Shown here: one piece after another, positions 1 through 12,722 of the stretch | Numbering within the stretch: position 1 is the first letter of the stretch | Layout: the number at the start of each line of letters is the position of its first letter | Assembly: GCA_026389555.1 (NCBI GenBank) | Contig: JAPLHQ010000018.1 | Span: 1-52,001, forward strand | Direction: 5' to 3' | DNA from: Chloroflexota bacterium | GTDB lineage: Bacteria > Chloroflexota > Limnocylindria > Limnocylindrales > Limnocylindraceae | Length of the DNA: 52,001 bases | Notes under the pieces: model-generated | Seen by the model: the letters and a program-made list of their open reading frames with translations, nothing else | Database searches by the model: none | Told to the model about the DNA's origin: nothing | Position numbers and translations under genes: made by a program

Positions 1-137
1 GGGCCTGGGAGGAGGCTTGCCACAATGGCAACGCCAAGGAGGACCGCGATGCCGACCGACGCGGCGCTCTCGGGTGCTCGCATGACGGAGTTCATCTGTT
101 TTGCAATCTGAGCCTGGCGGCGCTTGAGGTTGCGCAT
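1..137 (-). CDS. hypothetical membrane protein, N-terminal fragment running off the window edge
   Basis: The minus-strand frame is open from 467 to position 1. It is absent from the ORF track because there is no stop in the window. ATG candidates lie at 137 and 95. Translation is MRNLKRRQAQIAKQMNSVMRAPESAASVGIAVLLGVAIVASLLPG..., ending in a hydrophobic helix. Third-position GC in 1-137 is higher for this frame than for the plus frame. No family recognised. Confidence 0.3.
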   Translation of the reverse strand, partial: MRNLKRRQAQIAKQMNSVMRAPESAASVGIAVLLGVAIVASLLPG

Positions 138-512
138 GATTCCCCAGCGCTCCAAGTGTGGCGTCAGCTTATGCGCGAGTGCAGCAAGGGCAAGGCCGCT
201 GGTTCGCTCGCGCAGTCGAGGGTGGACGCGAATACGACGTGGGAGCGGGTGCTTCAGAAACTCGCCCGCTCGGAAGAGGCTCAGCCTGATTGCTCGCTCA
301 CCCGCACGCTCAACAAGCCCACGAAGTCCATATGCCGCACGGCGAATGGAAGCGGCGAGGCGGAAGATGGCGCCTCCTCGGCGAACGCCGCCGCCTAGAC
401 GCGAGCGCCTTCTCTTTCGCCTATCGGGACCTCTCTGAGCCATATGCGCCTCCGATCTCGACCTATTCTACCCTTCGCCGATTCCGCCTCGGCGGGGTGC
501 GGGAGGTTGATC

Positions 513-1934
513 TCAGGCTGGGTTGGAACCCTCGGTCCCCTTCGTCAGCGAGGCGAGGAATTGCGCGTTCGACTCGGTCTTCGCGATGCGGTTCAAGAGG
601 AGCTCAATCCCCTCGTTGGCACCGACGGCCGAGAGCATGCGGCGCATTGTCCAGACCATCTTCAGCGTTGCCTCATCAAGGAGGAGCTCCTCTCGACGTG
701 TGCCGGAGCGCTGTACATCAATGGCCGGGAAGATGCGCTTCTCGGCAAGCTTACGGTCAAGGACGAGCTCGGAGTTACCCGTCCCCTTGAACTCTTCGTA
801 GATGACGTCATCCATCTTGGAACCGGTGTCAACGAGGCAGGTGCCGATGATCGTGAGTGAGCCACCCTCCTCCAACTTGCGTGCTGCGCCGAAGAAGCGC
901 TTCGGTGGGTAGAGCGCAATAGGGTCAATACCGCCGGAGAGGGTTCGCCCTGACGGTGGGAGTGCCAAGTTGTATGCGCGTGCGAGTCGAGTGATGGAGT
1001 CGAGCAGCACCACCACGTCGGCGCCAGCCTCGGTGCGTCGCTTCGCGATCTCCAGTGCCATCTCGGCCACGTGCGTGTGGTTCTCGGTCGGCTCGTCGAA
1101 CGTAGAGGAGATCACCTCGCCCTTTACAGAGCGTCGCATGTCGGTCACCTCTTCTGGTCGCTCGCCGATGAGGCAGACCATCAGAGAGATCTCTGGATAG
1201 TTCGCGGTGACACCCTGCGCAATCTGCTTCAGGAGGCTCGTCTTCCCCGCCTTTGGCGGCGAGACGATCAGCGCGCGTTGCCCCTTACCGAGCGGGTTGA
1301 CGAGGTTGATCAGGCGCTGCGAAAGATTCGTTGGATCGGTCTCAAGGTTGATCAGCTCAATCGGATGGATTGGAGTGAGATCACCGAAGTGCGGCCGTCG
1401 GCGTGCCGACTCTGGGTCGGTGCCAGAGATGATCTCAACGCGGAGCATCCCCCAGAACTTCTCCCCTTCGCGCGGCGCGCGAATCACGCCACCAATCGTG
1501 TCTCCCTGTCGCAGGCCGATGCGGCGCAACATAGGCGACGGAACGTAGACATCGTCCGCGCTTGGTAGGAGTCCGTTGCGTCGAACGAAGCCGTAGCCGT
1601 CATCAACGATCTCAAGGATCCCTTCAGCCCACACCTGGCCCTGCTCTTCAGCTTGCGCCGTAAGGATCTTCTGGATCACGCGCGGCAGATCCTCTTGCTG
1701 TGATGTGGTGACGTTGAACTTCTTTGCTGCGGCCATCAGCTCGCTCGCGGTCAAATTGGCGAGCGCTGCGAAGGTGAGGAGTCCCTCGGCGGCGAGATCT
1801 GCTTCAGAGAGGACCTCAACGTCTTGTGGGAGCGAGCTCTGCGGCATGCGCATGCCGCCCTGTCCACCGTTCATTCCGGGTCCGCGGCGAACGCCGCGTC
1901 GTGGTCCGCGATTACGGGGATCATTCATAGACAT
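513..1934 (-). CDS. rho: transcription termination factor Rho
   Basis: From ORF 513..1994. Walker A motif [15 protein letters not shown], and the Rho ATPase core ...[49 protein letters not shown]. The N-terminus is Arg/Gly-rich. ATG at 1934 follows a GGAAGG Shine-Dalgarno-like motif; GTG at 1994 is the alternative start. Confidence 0.95.
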   Translation of the reverse strand: MSMNDPRNRGPRRGVRRGPGMNGGQGGMRMPQSSLPQDVEVLSEADLAAEGLLTFAALANLTASELMAAAKKFNVTTSQQEDLPRVIQKILTAQAEEQGQVWAEGILEIVDDGYGFVRRNGLLPSADDVYVPSPMLRRIGLRQGDTIGGVIRAPREGEKFWGMLRVEIISGTDPESARRRPHFGDLTPIHPIELINLETDPTNLSQRLINLVNPLGKGQRALIVSPPKAGKTSLLKQIAQGVTANYPEISLMVCLIGERPEEVTDMRRSVKGEVISSTFDEPTENHTHVAEMALEIAKRRTEAGADVVVLLDSITRLARAYNLALPPSGRTLSGGIDPIALYPPKRFFGAARKLEEGGSLTIIGTCLVDTGSKMDDVIYEEFKGTGNSELVLDRKLAEKRIFPAIDVQRSGTRREELLLDEATLKMVWTMRRMLSAVGANEGIELLLNRIAKTESNAQFLASLTKGTEGSNPA

Positions 1935-2087
1935 TGTTGGGGGTACCTTCCTTGACTCTTGTGGGGGTTGCCTGGGAGTGTTCGCGATCCCCACACGAAA
2001 CGTCCAACGCCTCTTAGCGGGAGGAGTGGGGGGATGCGAGAACTCTACGGGATCATCTGCCCCACGTCAACGGGGCGTTGCGAGCGG

Positions 2088-4552
<2,465 letters not shown>

Positions 4553-5473
4553 CTATCGCAGGCGGCGACGGAATGGGAGTTGCGTTTGGCGCCCCGCCCA
4601 AATCCCCAGGATGATCAGCGCGCCGCCGAGTGCCTGCACAGGCTCAAGCGCCTCGCCGAGCACGAATGCCGAGATGATGACCGCCAAGAAGGGAACAAGG
4701 AGCTGAAAGCTCGCCACGCGCGCAGGGCCAACCACCGGCACCGCGGTGAAATAGAGGACGTTGGCGAGGCTGCTCGAACCGAAGGTGGCATAGAGGATGC
4801 CGAAGATCGCAACGGCGGGGATCGCCGGCGACCCAAGTTCGCTCCACTGGTTCGTGCCGAATGGAATTAAGACAACACCACCGATCACCATGCTCCACGC
4901 CGTCCAGGCGAGCGCGCCAGTACGTGGGATCACGCGCGCGCCGGCCAAGAGATACGACGCCCAGCATGCGGCGGCGAGCAGCGTTGCCGTCACGCCAGCG
5001 GTGGTACCGCCGAATGCGCCAGCCCCTTCACCAATTGCGACGGCGGCGACGCCAGCAAATGCGATCAGCCCACCGATCGCGATCGCAGGCCGGAGCGGAT
5101 CGATGCGTAGGATCGCGGCGAAGATGGCGGTGAGGAATGGTGTGACCGCAATCAGCAGTGCGCTCGTTCCAGCATTAATGGTGCCGAGTGATCCAGCCCA
5201 GAGCAACTGATACGTCCCCTGTCCAATGATGCCGAAGAGTCCGGTCGTCAAGAGGTCGCGCCGTGACATGCGGATGCTCCCGCCACGCAGGCGCGTCCAA
5301 AGCAAGACGATGAGCCCTGCCGCCGTGATGCGGATCGCAGAGAACGGGAGGACGGGCCACGCCGTCACCGCAGCTTTGACGACGGTGAAGTTCGCCGCCC
5401 AGACCAACATCGCAATCAGGACGCCGATCTCAGCGACTGCACGCGGGGTTCTTGTGCGTTTGGTTCCACTCAT
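4553..5473 (-). CDS. EamA/DMT family transporter
   Basis: 306 aa with about 10 hydrophobic helices and two EamA-like halves. 4-nt overlap with the upstream ABC-2 permease stop. Confidence 0.75.
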   Translation of the reverse strand: MSGTKRTRTPRAVAEIGVLIAMLVWAANFTVVKAAVTAWPVLPFSAIRITAAGLIVLLWTRLRGGSIRMSRRDLLTTGLFGIIGQGTYQLLWAGSLGTINAGTSALLIAVTPFLTAIFAAILRIDPLRPAIAIGGLIAFAGVAAVAIGEGAGAFGGTTAGVTATLLAAACWASYLLAGARVIPRTGALAWTAWSMVIGGVVLIPFGTNQWSELGSPAIPAVAIFGILYATFGSSSLANVLYFTAVPVVGPARVASFQLLVPFLAVIISAFVLGEALEPVQALGGALIILGIWAGRQTQLPFRRRLR

Positions 5474-6378
5474 GAGGCGGTGCTCCGATCCAAATAGCCC
5501 TTCTCTCGCGCGCGATCAATCCCGATCCTAAAGAGTCTCGGCGCCGCGAGCGTAATCAGCACCGTTCCAACCGTCAGCACGAGGAGGAGGAGTGGCGTGG
5601 AGAGCTCGCCAAGCAGCCCTGGCGAGGCTGTCCCCAGAAGCGCGCGTCGCACCCCCTCAATCCACCAGGTCATCGGAAGCGCTGCGCCAATGAGCTGGAG
5701 CGCTCTCGGAAGTGTATCGAGCGGAAAGATTGCACCGCAAAGAAGGAAGACGCTTCCGGCAACTGCTTGGGGGTAGCCCCACGCGTCGTTGCGCAACTGC
5801 ACGCAGACCGCGCCGAGCGCAATGCCGAGCCCAACAATTGACGTCAGCCCGAGTGCCATGACAACAAGAAGAAGCGGAAGATCTGGACCGCCTGCACGCA
5901 TCGGCATCCCGATCAGCGCACCAACGCCAATCACGATGACGGCGCTGATCGCTGCAATGAGCGCCTTCACTAGCGCACGGCCAATGGAAACAGGGAGGAG
6001 TGATGACGGTGTCGCAAAGATGTAGCGAATCGTTCGATACCGTTCGCGATCATCGAGCAGCGCATGCGTTGGCCCCTGCATTGCGGCGCCAACGATCTGA
6101 AAGACCGCCTGCCCTACAACAACAAAGCCGATCGAGGCGGGATTCAGCGCGCCACCAATAGAGAGTACGGCGAGGAAGAGCCCCAGAAATGCGAGTGGCC
6201 GGATGATTAGATAGACGAGCAGGAAGAACGGTTCAGCCCAGTTCCCTTCAATCGCCCAGGCGAGCCGCGCTGAAGCGATCAGCGAACGTGCAGCGTCCGC
6301 AGCGTCACCGCGCAGCGGACCGAACGGTCTCGATGTGCGCGAGGTGAGATCAATCTGCACGGGTGAGCAGCTTTCCAT
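5470..6378 (-). CDS. ABC-2 type exporter permease
   Basis: Polytopic hydrophobic protein downstream of a DrrA-like ATPase. ORF-track start 6441 overlaps the upstream gene by 92 nt. More plausible starts are ATG 6378 or GTG 6360. Confidence 0.7.
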   Translation of the reverse strand: MESCSPVQIDLTSRTSRPFGPLRGDAADAARSLIASARLAWAIEGNWAEPFFLLVYLIIRPLAFLGLFLAVLSIGGALNPASIGFVVVGQAVFQIVGAAMQGPTHALLDDRERYRTIRYIFATPSSLLPVSIGRALVKALIAAISAVIVIGVGALIGMPMRAGGPDLPLLLVVMALGLTSIVGLGIALGAVCVQLRNDAWGYPQAVAGSVFLLCGAIFPLDTLPRALQLIGAALPMTWWIEGVRRALLGTASPGLLGELSTPLLLLVLTVGTVLITLAAPRLFRIGIDRAREKGYLDRSTAS

Positions 6379-7231
6379 CCGCACGCCCGCGGCGCTCAAT
6401 GAACGCAAGTGAGAAGTGTGAGAGGAGGCTGAAGACCACAAACATCACAGCGAGAATCCCAAGCTCAACTGGAACAGGAAGGAGCCCGCTAGCGGCGAGT
6501 TGCGGAACGGCGAGTTGTCGCATCGCATCGGCGGCGGGGGCGAGCGGCAGGATCCCGATCGCAAGGAGCCCAAAGATGCCGAGGCTGCGCACGGGGGCGA
6601 AAAGGCCACCCAGGAGTTGCATCGGCTCATTCAGTAGGTCTCCCAGGTGATCCGCCTCCCGACCAGAGACCAAGAAGACGGCGGCAAGACAGACGCCGAG
6701 CGCATACATTGCGGCGATCCCGAGCAGCATCGTCAGGGCGAGAAGGAGTGGTTCTCGGATCTCATACTGTGCGCCGAAGAGGAGTGAGCCGCCAAGGATG
6801 ATGATCCCGGCGCGGAACGCCATGCCAACTGCACCACCAACCGCCATACCGAGCGCGATCGAACCAAGTCCGACGGGCGCTGTGATGTAGAGCGTCATGT
6901 TGCCGCTGTCGCGCTCCCAGCGGAACTGCCCAGCCATCATCCAGATCACTGATGTCCAGAAGGTGAGCAGCGCGCTCGCAAGGATCGTCGCGCTAATCCA
7001 GGCCTCATCGGCGCCACGTGAGCGCAAGAGGAAGACGAACGAACACATGCCGAGGGTTGGAAAGACGAGATCAAAGAAGAGCCACGATGGCTCACGCGAC
7101 ATGCCGAAGATGCGCGGATATGCGCGGCCAACTACCGACTGCGCCGCATGGCGCAACTTATGCGAGAGGCTCCACTCCGTCTCCGCGTAGATACGCGCGT
7201 GCAGATCTTTTGGAACGCCAGCGGCGCTCAC
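6350..7231 (-). CDS. ABC-2 type exporter permease
   Basis: 293 aa with 6 or more TM helices. The GTG start overlaps the ATPase TGA stop (GTGA at 7228-7231). Confidence 0.7.
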   Translation of the reverse strand: MSAAGVPKDLHARIYAETEWSLSHKLRHAAQSVVGRAYPRIFGMSREPSWLFFDLVFPTLGMCSFVFLLRSRGADEAWISATILASALLTFWTSVIWMMAGQFRWERDSGNMTLYITAPVGLGSIALGMAVGGAVGMAFRAGIIILGGSLLFGAQYEIREPLLLALTMLLGIAAMYALGVCLAAVFLVSGREADHLGDLLNEPMQLLGGLFAPVRSLGIFGLLAIGILPLAPAADAMRQLAVPQLAASGLLPVPVELGILAVMFVVFSLLSHFSLAFIERRGRADGKLLTRAD

Positions 7232-8271
7232 AGCGCCTGCTCACTATCTGACTCACTAATGCCACGTCCAACAAGTTGGACGAAGACCTCTTCCAGTGTT
7301 GGCTCACTCTTGGAGATCTCACGAAGGTGTGCCCCAGCAGCGGCGAGCGCGCTGATCACGCCACCAAGCGCGGCGTCTTCGCGAAGCGCGATCGCAAGGC
7401 GCGTCACCGGTGAGCCGACGCCGTTTCCATCAGCTCCATCAGCATCACGCACAACAACAGAGATGACGCCTGGAAGTTCGCGCAACGTTCCAAGGCTCAC
7501 CGCAGCAGGAAGCTCATCAACACCAACAATAAAGAGCGTCTCCTTCTGCACCATGCGCTTCAGTTCAGTTGGCGTCCCCTGCGCAAGGATGCGCCCGTGA
7601 TCAACGATCGCAATACGGTCACACATCTCATCCGCCTCGGCCATGTAGTGCGTTGTGAGCAGCACCGTGCGACCCGGCTGCTCCGCCTGGAAGGCACGGA
7701 CGCGCTCGCGCACATCGCGTGCCGCGGAGACATCGAGTCCAATCGTTGGCTCATCAAGGAAGAGCATCCACGGCTCATTCAAGAATGAACGTGCAAAGTT
7801 CAACTTCTGACGCTGTCCCGTTGAGAGGGCGCTGATCTTCCGGTCACGAATATCCGTAATGCCGAACGCCTCAATCTGGGCGTCAACGCGACGCATCCCT
7901 TCGGCATATGGCATTCCATAGAACTGCGCGAACATTGCGAGCTGCTCGCGTGCTGTGAGGAGGCCATACCCGGAAAAGTCGCCGCCAGCAACAAGGTTCA
8001 TGATGCGCCGAACGCGTGCCGTGTCGCGCACAACATCAAGGCCGAAGATGGATGCGCTCCCGCTACTTGGGAGAAGGAGTGTGCTGAGGATCTTGATCAG
8101 CGTGCTCTTCCCTGCGCCATTCGGCCCGAGGAGTCCGAAGAGCTCACCCGGCTCAATGCGCAGATCAATGTTGTGCAGCGCGGTAACTGAGCCTCCCTTC
8201 GCTTGAAAGACTCGGCCGACGCCGGAGACCTCTACCGCGGCAGCGGAGGCCGCGGGCGTTGAGATAGCCAT
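7228..8271 (-). CDS. ABC transporter ATP-binding protein (DrrA/ABC-2 exporter type) with C-terminal extra domain
   Basis: Walker A GPNGAGKST, signature LSTGQRQK, Walker B LFLDEPT. ATG at 8271 is preceded by GGAGG. ORF-track start 8352 is rejected as an extension. Confidence 0.88.
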   Translation of the reverse strand: MAISTPAASAAAVEVSGVGRVFQAKGGSVTALHNIDLRIEPGELFGLLGPNGAGKSTLIKILSTLLLPSSGSASIFGLDVVRDTARVRRIMNLVAGGDFSGYGLLTAREQLAMFAQFYGMPYAEGMRRVDAQIEAFGITDIRDRKISALSTGQRQKLNFARSFLNEPWMLFLDEPTIGLDVSAARDVRERVRAFQAEQPGRTVLLTTHYMAEADEMCDRIAIVDHGRILAQGTPTELKRMVQKETLFIVGVDELPAAVSLGTLRELPGVISVVVRDADGADGNGVGSPVTRLAIALREDAALGGVISALAAAGAHLREISKSEPTLEEVFVQLVGRGISESDSEQAL

Positions 8272-8376
8272 CTGACCTCCACGTAAGCGTGCGTTCGTGC
8301 CACAGGGGTGCCACGGCAGCGCAGTCGTGAGGAGTCTACAATCAGCAGACACCAGCCAACATGCAGGGGGTTACCT

Positions 8377-10425
8377 ATGGATTCACGACTGGAACAGTCC
8401 GCCATCACCACGATTCGCACCCTTGCGATCGACACCGTCCAAGCGGCAAACTCCGGTCACCCTGGCGCGCCAATGGGCTGTGCGCCGATGGCGCACACGA
8501 TCTGGACGCGACACCTCCGCCACGCGCCGAGCACTCCCGGCTGGTTTGATCGCGACCGATTCGTCCTCTCCAACGGTCATGCGAGTGCACTCCTCTATTC
8601 ACTGCTTCACCTCACCGGCTACGGGCTCACGATTGATGACCTGAAGTCGTTCCGACAGTGGGGCTCGCTGACACCTGGACATCCGGAGTACGGCCTCACC
8701 GCAGGCGTTGAGGCGACCACCGGGCCGCTCGGTCAGGGCTTCGCGAACGGTGTTGGGATGGCGATCGCCGAGCGACGCCTCGCCGCTGAGTTCAATCGAC
8801 CCGGGCACACCGTGGTTGATCACCGCGTCTTCGCGATCGTCTCAGACGGCGACCTCCAAGAAGGACTCGCGTCAGAGGCGGCATCACTCGCTGGTCACCT
8901 CAAGCTCGGCAAGCTGATCTATCTCTGGGATGACAACCTCATCCAGCTTGACGGACCAACATCAACGGCCTGGTCGGAAGACGTGCGCAAGCGATTCGAT
9001 GCATACGGCTGGCACACGAGCAGCGTTGCTGACGGCAACGACGTTGCATCCATTGACGCGGCGATTAGCGCCGCGATCAAGGATGATCGCCCGAGCCTCA
9101 TCGCCGTGCGCACCGTCATCGGCTTCGGTTCGCCGAATAAGGCGGGGAGCCAGAAGTCACACGGCGCACCACTCGGCCCGGACGAGGTGAAGCTCACCAA
9201 GGCCGCGTACGGCGCGAATCCAGATGCAACCTTTGATGTCCCAGCAGATGTTGCCGAGTTCTACCGCGGCGCGATCACCAGCGGCGAGACGCTCGTTGCA
9301 GCGCACACCAAGCGACTCCTCGCCTACGCGACCGCCTTCCCTGCAGAGGCGGCGGAACTCCAGCGCCGCATGGCGGGCGGGCTGCCGAGCGGCTGGGAGC
9401 GCGCGCTTCCAACGTATGAGTTCGGCGGTGATGCGCCAACGCGCAACGTCAGCCAGTCAAGCATCAAGGCGCTCGCCGCGGTGCTGCCAGAACTGATCGG
9501 CGGAAGCGCGGATCTTTCCGAATCAAACCTCACCGACATCCATGATGGCGGCCGCTTCACCGCAAAGGAGTCTGGTCGCAACATCAGCTTCGGTGTACGC
9601 GAACATGCGATGGCGGCGATCACGAACGGAATCGCGTATCATGGCGGACTGATCCCGTTCAGCGCCACCTTCCTCACCTTCAGCGATTACATGCGCGGCT
9701 CACTCCGACTCGCGGCACTTGCTGGACTCGGCAGCATCTTCGTCTTCACCCATGACTCCATTGGTCTTGGCGAAGACGGACCAACGCACCAGCCGGTTGA
9801 ACACTACGCCGCACTTCGCGCCATTCCAAATCTGCGCTTCTTCCGGCCGGGTGATCCGAATGAAGCCGCACAGGCATGGGGCGTTGCGATTGAACGCCGC
9901 GACGCGCCAACGGTGCTCGCCTTCACGCGACAGAAACTGCCCGTGCTACCTGGCTCCATCACTGGAGCGGCGGCTGGCGTAAAGCGCGGCGCATATGTTG
10001 TGCGCGAGGCAAGCACGCAGGCGAAGGCGATCCTCATTGCCACAGGGTCAGAGGTGCACCTCGCCGTTTCCGCAGCAGAACTCCTTGAAGCATCCGGCAC
10101 GCCTACGCGCGTTGTCTCGGCACCATGTCTTGAACTCTTTGGTGATCAAGATGCTGCGTACCGCGAGTCAGTCCTCCCCGCCGCAGTTCGCGCGCGCGTC
10201 GGCATTGAGGCCGGCGTCAGCCTCGGATGGGATCGCTGGACGGGGAGCGATGGCGCAATCATCGCCATGGATCGCTTCGGTGCTTCGGCACCTGCACCGA
10301 AACTCTTCGCTGAATTCGGCTTCACGCCAGAGCGTATTGCAGAGGTTGCGCGCGGCGTGATCGCTGGAACGCACCGGGGTGTGATCCCAACGCCGCACCT
10401 CCACGATGGTCATCAGGTCAGCTGA
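8377..10425 (+). CDS. tkt: transketolase
   Basis: [27 protein letters not shown], a thiamine-PP binding region, and [19 protein letters not shown] at 8377 matches the canonical N-terminus. Confidence 0.95.
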   Translation: MDSRLEQSAITTIRTLAIDTVQAANSGHPGAPMGCAPMAHTIWTRHLRHAPSTPGWFDRDRFVLSNGHASALLYSLLHLTGYGLTIDDLKSFRQWGSLTPGHPEYGLTAGVEATTGPLGQGFANGVGMAIAERRLAAEFNRPGHTVVDHRVFAIVSDGDLQEGLASEAASLAGHLKLGKLIYLWDDNLIQLDGPTSTAWSEDVRKRFDAYGWHTSSVADGNDVASIDAAISAAIKDDRPSLIAVRTVIGFGSPNKAGSQKSHGAPLGPDEVKLTKAAYGANPDATFDVPADVAEFYRGAITSGETLVAAHTKRLLAYATAFPAEAAELQRRMAGGLPSGWERALPTYEFGGDAPTRNVSQSSIKALAAVLPELIGGSADLSESNLTDIHDGGRFTAKESGRNISFGVREHAMAAITNGIAYHGGLIPFSATFLTFSDYMRGSLRLAALAGLGSIFVFTHDSIGLGEDGPTHQPVEHYAALRAIPNLRFFRPGDPNEAAQAWGVAIERRDAPTVLAFTRQKLPVLPGSITGAAAGVKRGAYVVREASTQAKAILIATGSEVHLAVSAAELLEASGTPTRVVSAPCLELFGDQDAAYRESVLPAAVRARVGIEAGVSLGWDRWTGSDGAIIAMDRFGASAPAPKLFAEFGFTPERIAEVARGVIAGTHRGVIPTPHLHDGHQVS

Positions 10426-10894
10426 GGTGTCGGCTCGTAAGCTCGCGATTGCCGCAGATCACGCGGGGGCTGCGCTCAAGGCTGCACTGCTCAACGAACT
10501 TCAGACGATCGCCCCTGACTGGGAGGGGATCGACCTCGGCGGCGACGGGAGCGATCTCACAGACGACTACCCGGATGCATCACGTGCCGTGGCCGAGCTG
10601 ATGCAGCACGGTGGTGCCGAGCGTGGCCTGCTGATTTGCGGCTCAGGGATCGGCGTCACAATCGCGGCAAACAAGTTCAACGGTATTCGTGCATCTATTG
10701 CGCATGATCCCGCATCAGCGGAGCAGGGTGTGGTTCACGACGCCATGAATGTGCTTTCGCTCGGTGCAAAGGTGATTGACTCCGCAACCGCAGCCACGGT
10801 ACTCGCCGCATTCCTCGCCGCCACGCCGAGTGATGCCGAGCGATTTGTCCGCCGCACCAACAAGGTGCAACAGATTGAGAAGGAGCAGGGATGA
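10406..10894 (+). CDS. rpiB: ribose-5-phosphate isomerase B
   Basis: [10 protein letters not shown]...[22 protein letters not shown] is the RpiB/LacA/LacB signature. The start is either ATG 10406, which overlaps the tkt end, or in-frame GTG 10427. Confidence 0.9.
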   Translation: MVIRSAEVSARKLAIAADHAGAALKAALLNELQTIAPDWEGIDLGGDGSDLTDDYPDASRAVAELMQHGGAERGLLICGSGIGVTIAANKFNGIRASIAHDPASAEQGVVHDAMNVLSLGAKVIDSATAATVLAAFLAATPSDAERFVRRTNKVQQIEKEQG

Positions 10895-12648
10895 GCGGCG
10901 AACTCAAACTTCCGTTCACCACCCGCATTGGACGCGTCACAGATCTCGCTGCGATCAGCTCCACGCTGGAGCGCGCAAGGGACGAAGAGTGGGCAACCCG
11001 CCTTGCCGATAAGGACGTCACGCTCTGGAGTAACGACGCTGCGGTCCAGGCGAAGATCGCGAACCGCCTCGGCTGGCTCGACGCACCAACGCACTTCACG
11101 GCACAGATTCCAGCGCTCGAGGGGTTCGGCGAAAAGATTCGCGACGCAGGCTTCACCACCGCAATCGTGGCGGGGATGGGCGGCTCATCACTCGCGCCAG
11201 AGGTCCTTGCTACAGCGTTCGCAGAGATTGATAACTGGCTGAAGGTTCGCGTCTGCGACTCCACTGATCCTGCAGCAGTTGCCGCTGCACTGCGCGGCCT
11301 TGATCCGAAGAAGACGCTCGTCATCGTTGCAAGCAAATCTGGAACCACGACAGAGACGCTCTCCTTTGCCGCGTACGCCGCAGAGTGGATCGGCGCAGCG
11401 GTAGGCGGCGCAGAAAACGCACTCTCATCAATGATTGCGATCAGCGATCCCTCGCCGTGCATTGACGTGATCCCAGGGAACGAGAAGATGCTTGACCGAT
11501 TCCTCAACCCTGCAGATATCGGTGGCCGTTATTCAGCGCTCAGCTTTGTTGGGCTTGTCCCCGCCAGCCTCCTCGGCATCGACCTTGACCCGCTCCTTGC
11601 CGCAGGTTCTGTTGCCGCCGCTGAGCTGCGTGAGCCAGAGCCAACGGCGAATCGTGCCGTTGCACTCGGTGTCCTGATCGGCGCACTGGCACGCGAAGGG
11701 CGTGACAAGTTGACGCTCGTTGTTGATGCCCCGATTGATGGATTCGGCGCGTGGGCGGAGCAACTCGTTGCCGAGAGCACCGGGAAGCAGGGCGTTGGTG
11801 TTGTCCCAATTGATGGCGAACCACTCGGCGCAGTCGCGGACTACCAAGACGACCGCCTCTTCGTTCGCATCTCGCTTGATGGCGGTCGACCTCCAGTTGC
11901 CGCAGATGGCAGCAGCGTTACGACGCGACTCAGTGAACTGGCGGCGGCGGGGCACCCGGTGATTGAGCTGAGCCTTAGTGACCCAATTGATCTCGGCGGC
12001 GAATTCATGCGCTGGGAGATCACCACCGCCATTGCGGGCGTGGTCCTTGGCATTAACCCGTTCGATGAGCCGAACGTCACCGAGTCGAAGAACAACACGG
12101 TGGCAGTGCTTGGCGAACTCGCTACGGCAGGAAGGCTTCCAGATCTTGCGCCAAAAGCTGTGGACGGCGCGCTGCAGATCTGGGTTGATGACGCGCTTCC
12201 CGCGGCATTCAGTGATGACGCAGTGAAACTTGTTGCCGGCCAACTGCAGCGACTTCCACCGCGCGGCTACGTTGGGATCCACGCTTACATCGCCACCACG
12301 CCTAAGCGCACCGTGGCGCTCACCTCACTCCGCTTGCTGCTACGCGATGCAACGCACCGTGCCACCACCGTTGGCTACGGCCCGCGCTTCCTCCACTCCA
12401 CTGGCCAGCTCCATAAGGGCGGTACGGCGACTGGCTGGTTCGTCCAGCTCGTAGCGAGCCATCCAGCCGATCTAGAGATTCCAGGCAAGCCATTCTCCTT
12501 CGGTCAACTCGTTGATGCGCAATCGCTTGGTGACGCGCGCTCACTAGTGGACCACGGCCTCCCTGTCATCCGCATCCACCTTGGGGCCGACCCAGATGCG
12601 GGGCTCGCCGCCGTGGAGTCACTCTTCCGCCGCGCGCTCAATGCCTGA
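10891..12648 (+). CDS. pgi: glucose-6-phosphate isomerase (type found in Tal-Pgi fusions, here without Tal domain)
   Basis: SIS-domain motifs VAGMGGSSLAPEV and VIVASKSGTTTETL, plus the C-terminal GYGPRFLHSTGQLHKGG. Confidence 0.85.
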   Translation: MSGELKLPFTTRIGRVTDLAAISSTLERARDEEWATRLADKDVTLWSNDAAVQAKIANRLGWLDAPTHFTAQIPALEGFGEKIRDAGFTTAIVAGMGGSSLAPEVLATAFAEIDNWLKVRVCDSTDPAAVAAALRGLDPKKTLVIVASKSGTTTETLSFAAYAAEWIGAAVGGAENALSSMIAISDPSPCIDVIPGNEKMLDRFLNPADIGGRYSALSFVGLVPASLLGIDLDPLLAAGSVAAAELREPEPTANRAVALGVLIGALAREGRDKLTLVVDAPIDGFGAWAEQLVAESTGKQGVGVVPIDGEPLGAVADYQDDRLFVRISLDGGRPPVAADGSSVTTRLSELAAAGHPVIELSLSDPIDLGGEFMRWEITTAIAGVVLGINPFDEPNVTESKNNTVAVLGELATAGRLPDLAPKAVDGALQIWVDDALPAAFSDDAVKLVAGQLQRLPPRGYVGIHAYIATTPKRTVALTSLRLLLRDATHRATTVGYGPRFLHSTGQLHKGGTATGWFVQLVASHPADLEIPGKPFSFGQLVDAQSLGDARSLVDHGLPVIRIHLGADPDAGLAAVESLFRRALNA

Positions 12649-12722
12649 GGCACAGCGGGTCGGAGTCACGCGCTAGCATCATCAGTGACGGCCCATCTGC
12701 GGCCACAAGTGAGGAGGTTCCT

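Noticed and set aside
124-438. 104-aa plus-strand ORF
   Set aside because: The translation is over 25% Arg, with Pro/Ser runs. Its frame does not have the third-position GC bias seen in real genes here. The neighbouring frame (156..398) is the better plus-strand candidate and is discussed in the findings.
6350-6441. 92-nt overlap of the two ABC-2 permease ORFs as a possible frameshift or pseudogene
   Set aside because: Both frames encode complete polytopic proteins. In-frame ATG 6378 or GTG 6360 reduces the overlap to 29 or 11 nt. No disrupted motif was seen.
8308-8376. N-terminal extensions in ORF-track calls. Affected calls: tkt 8308, tdk 19303, pstS 26910, EamA 27709, citrate synthase 38869, purA 49551, ABC ATPase 8352
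   Set aside because: In each case an internal ATG with a Shine-Dalgarno-like motif reproduces the canonical family N-terminus. The upstream part is Arg-rich or overlaps a neighbouring gene or promoter.
10695-12282. Two long minus-strand ORFs (10695..11507, 270 aa; 11533..12282, 249 aa)
   Set aside because: Both are antisense to rpiB/pgi, which carry clear family motifs. Their composition is low-complexity and rich in Arg, Ser and Ala.
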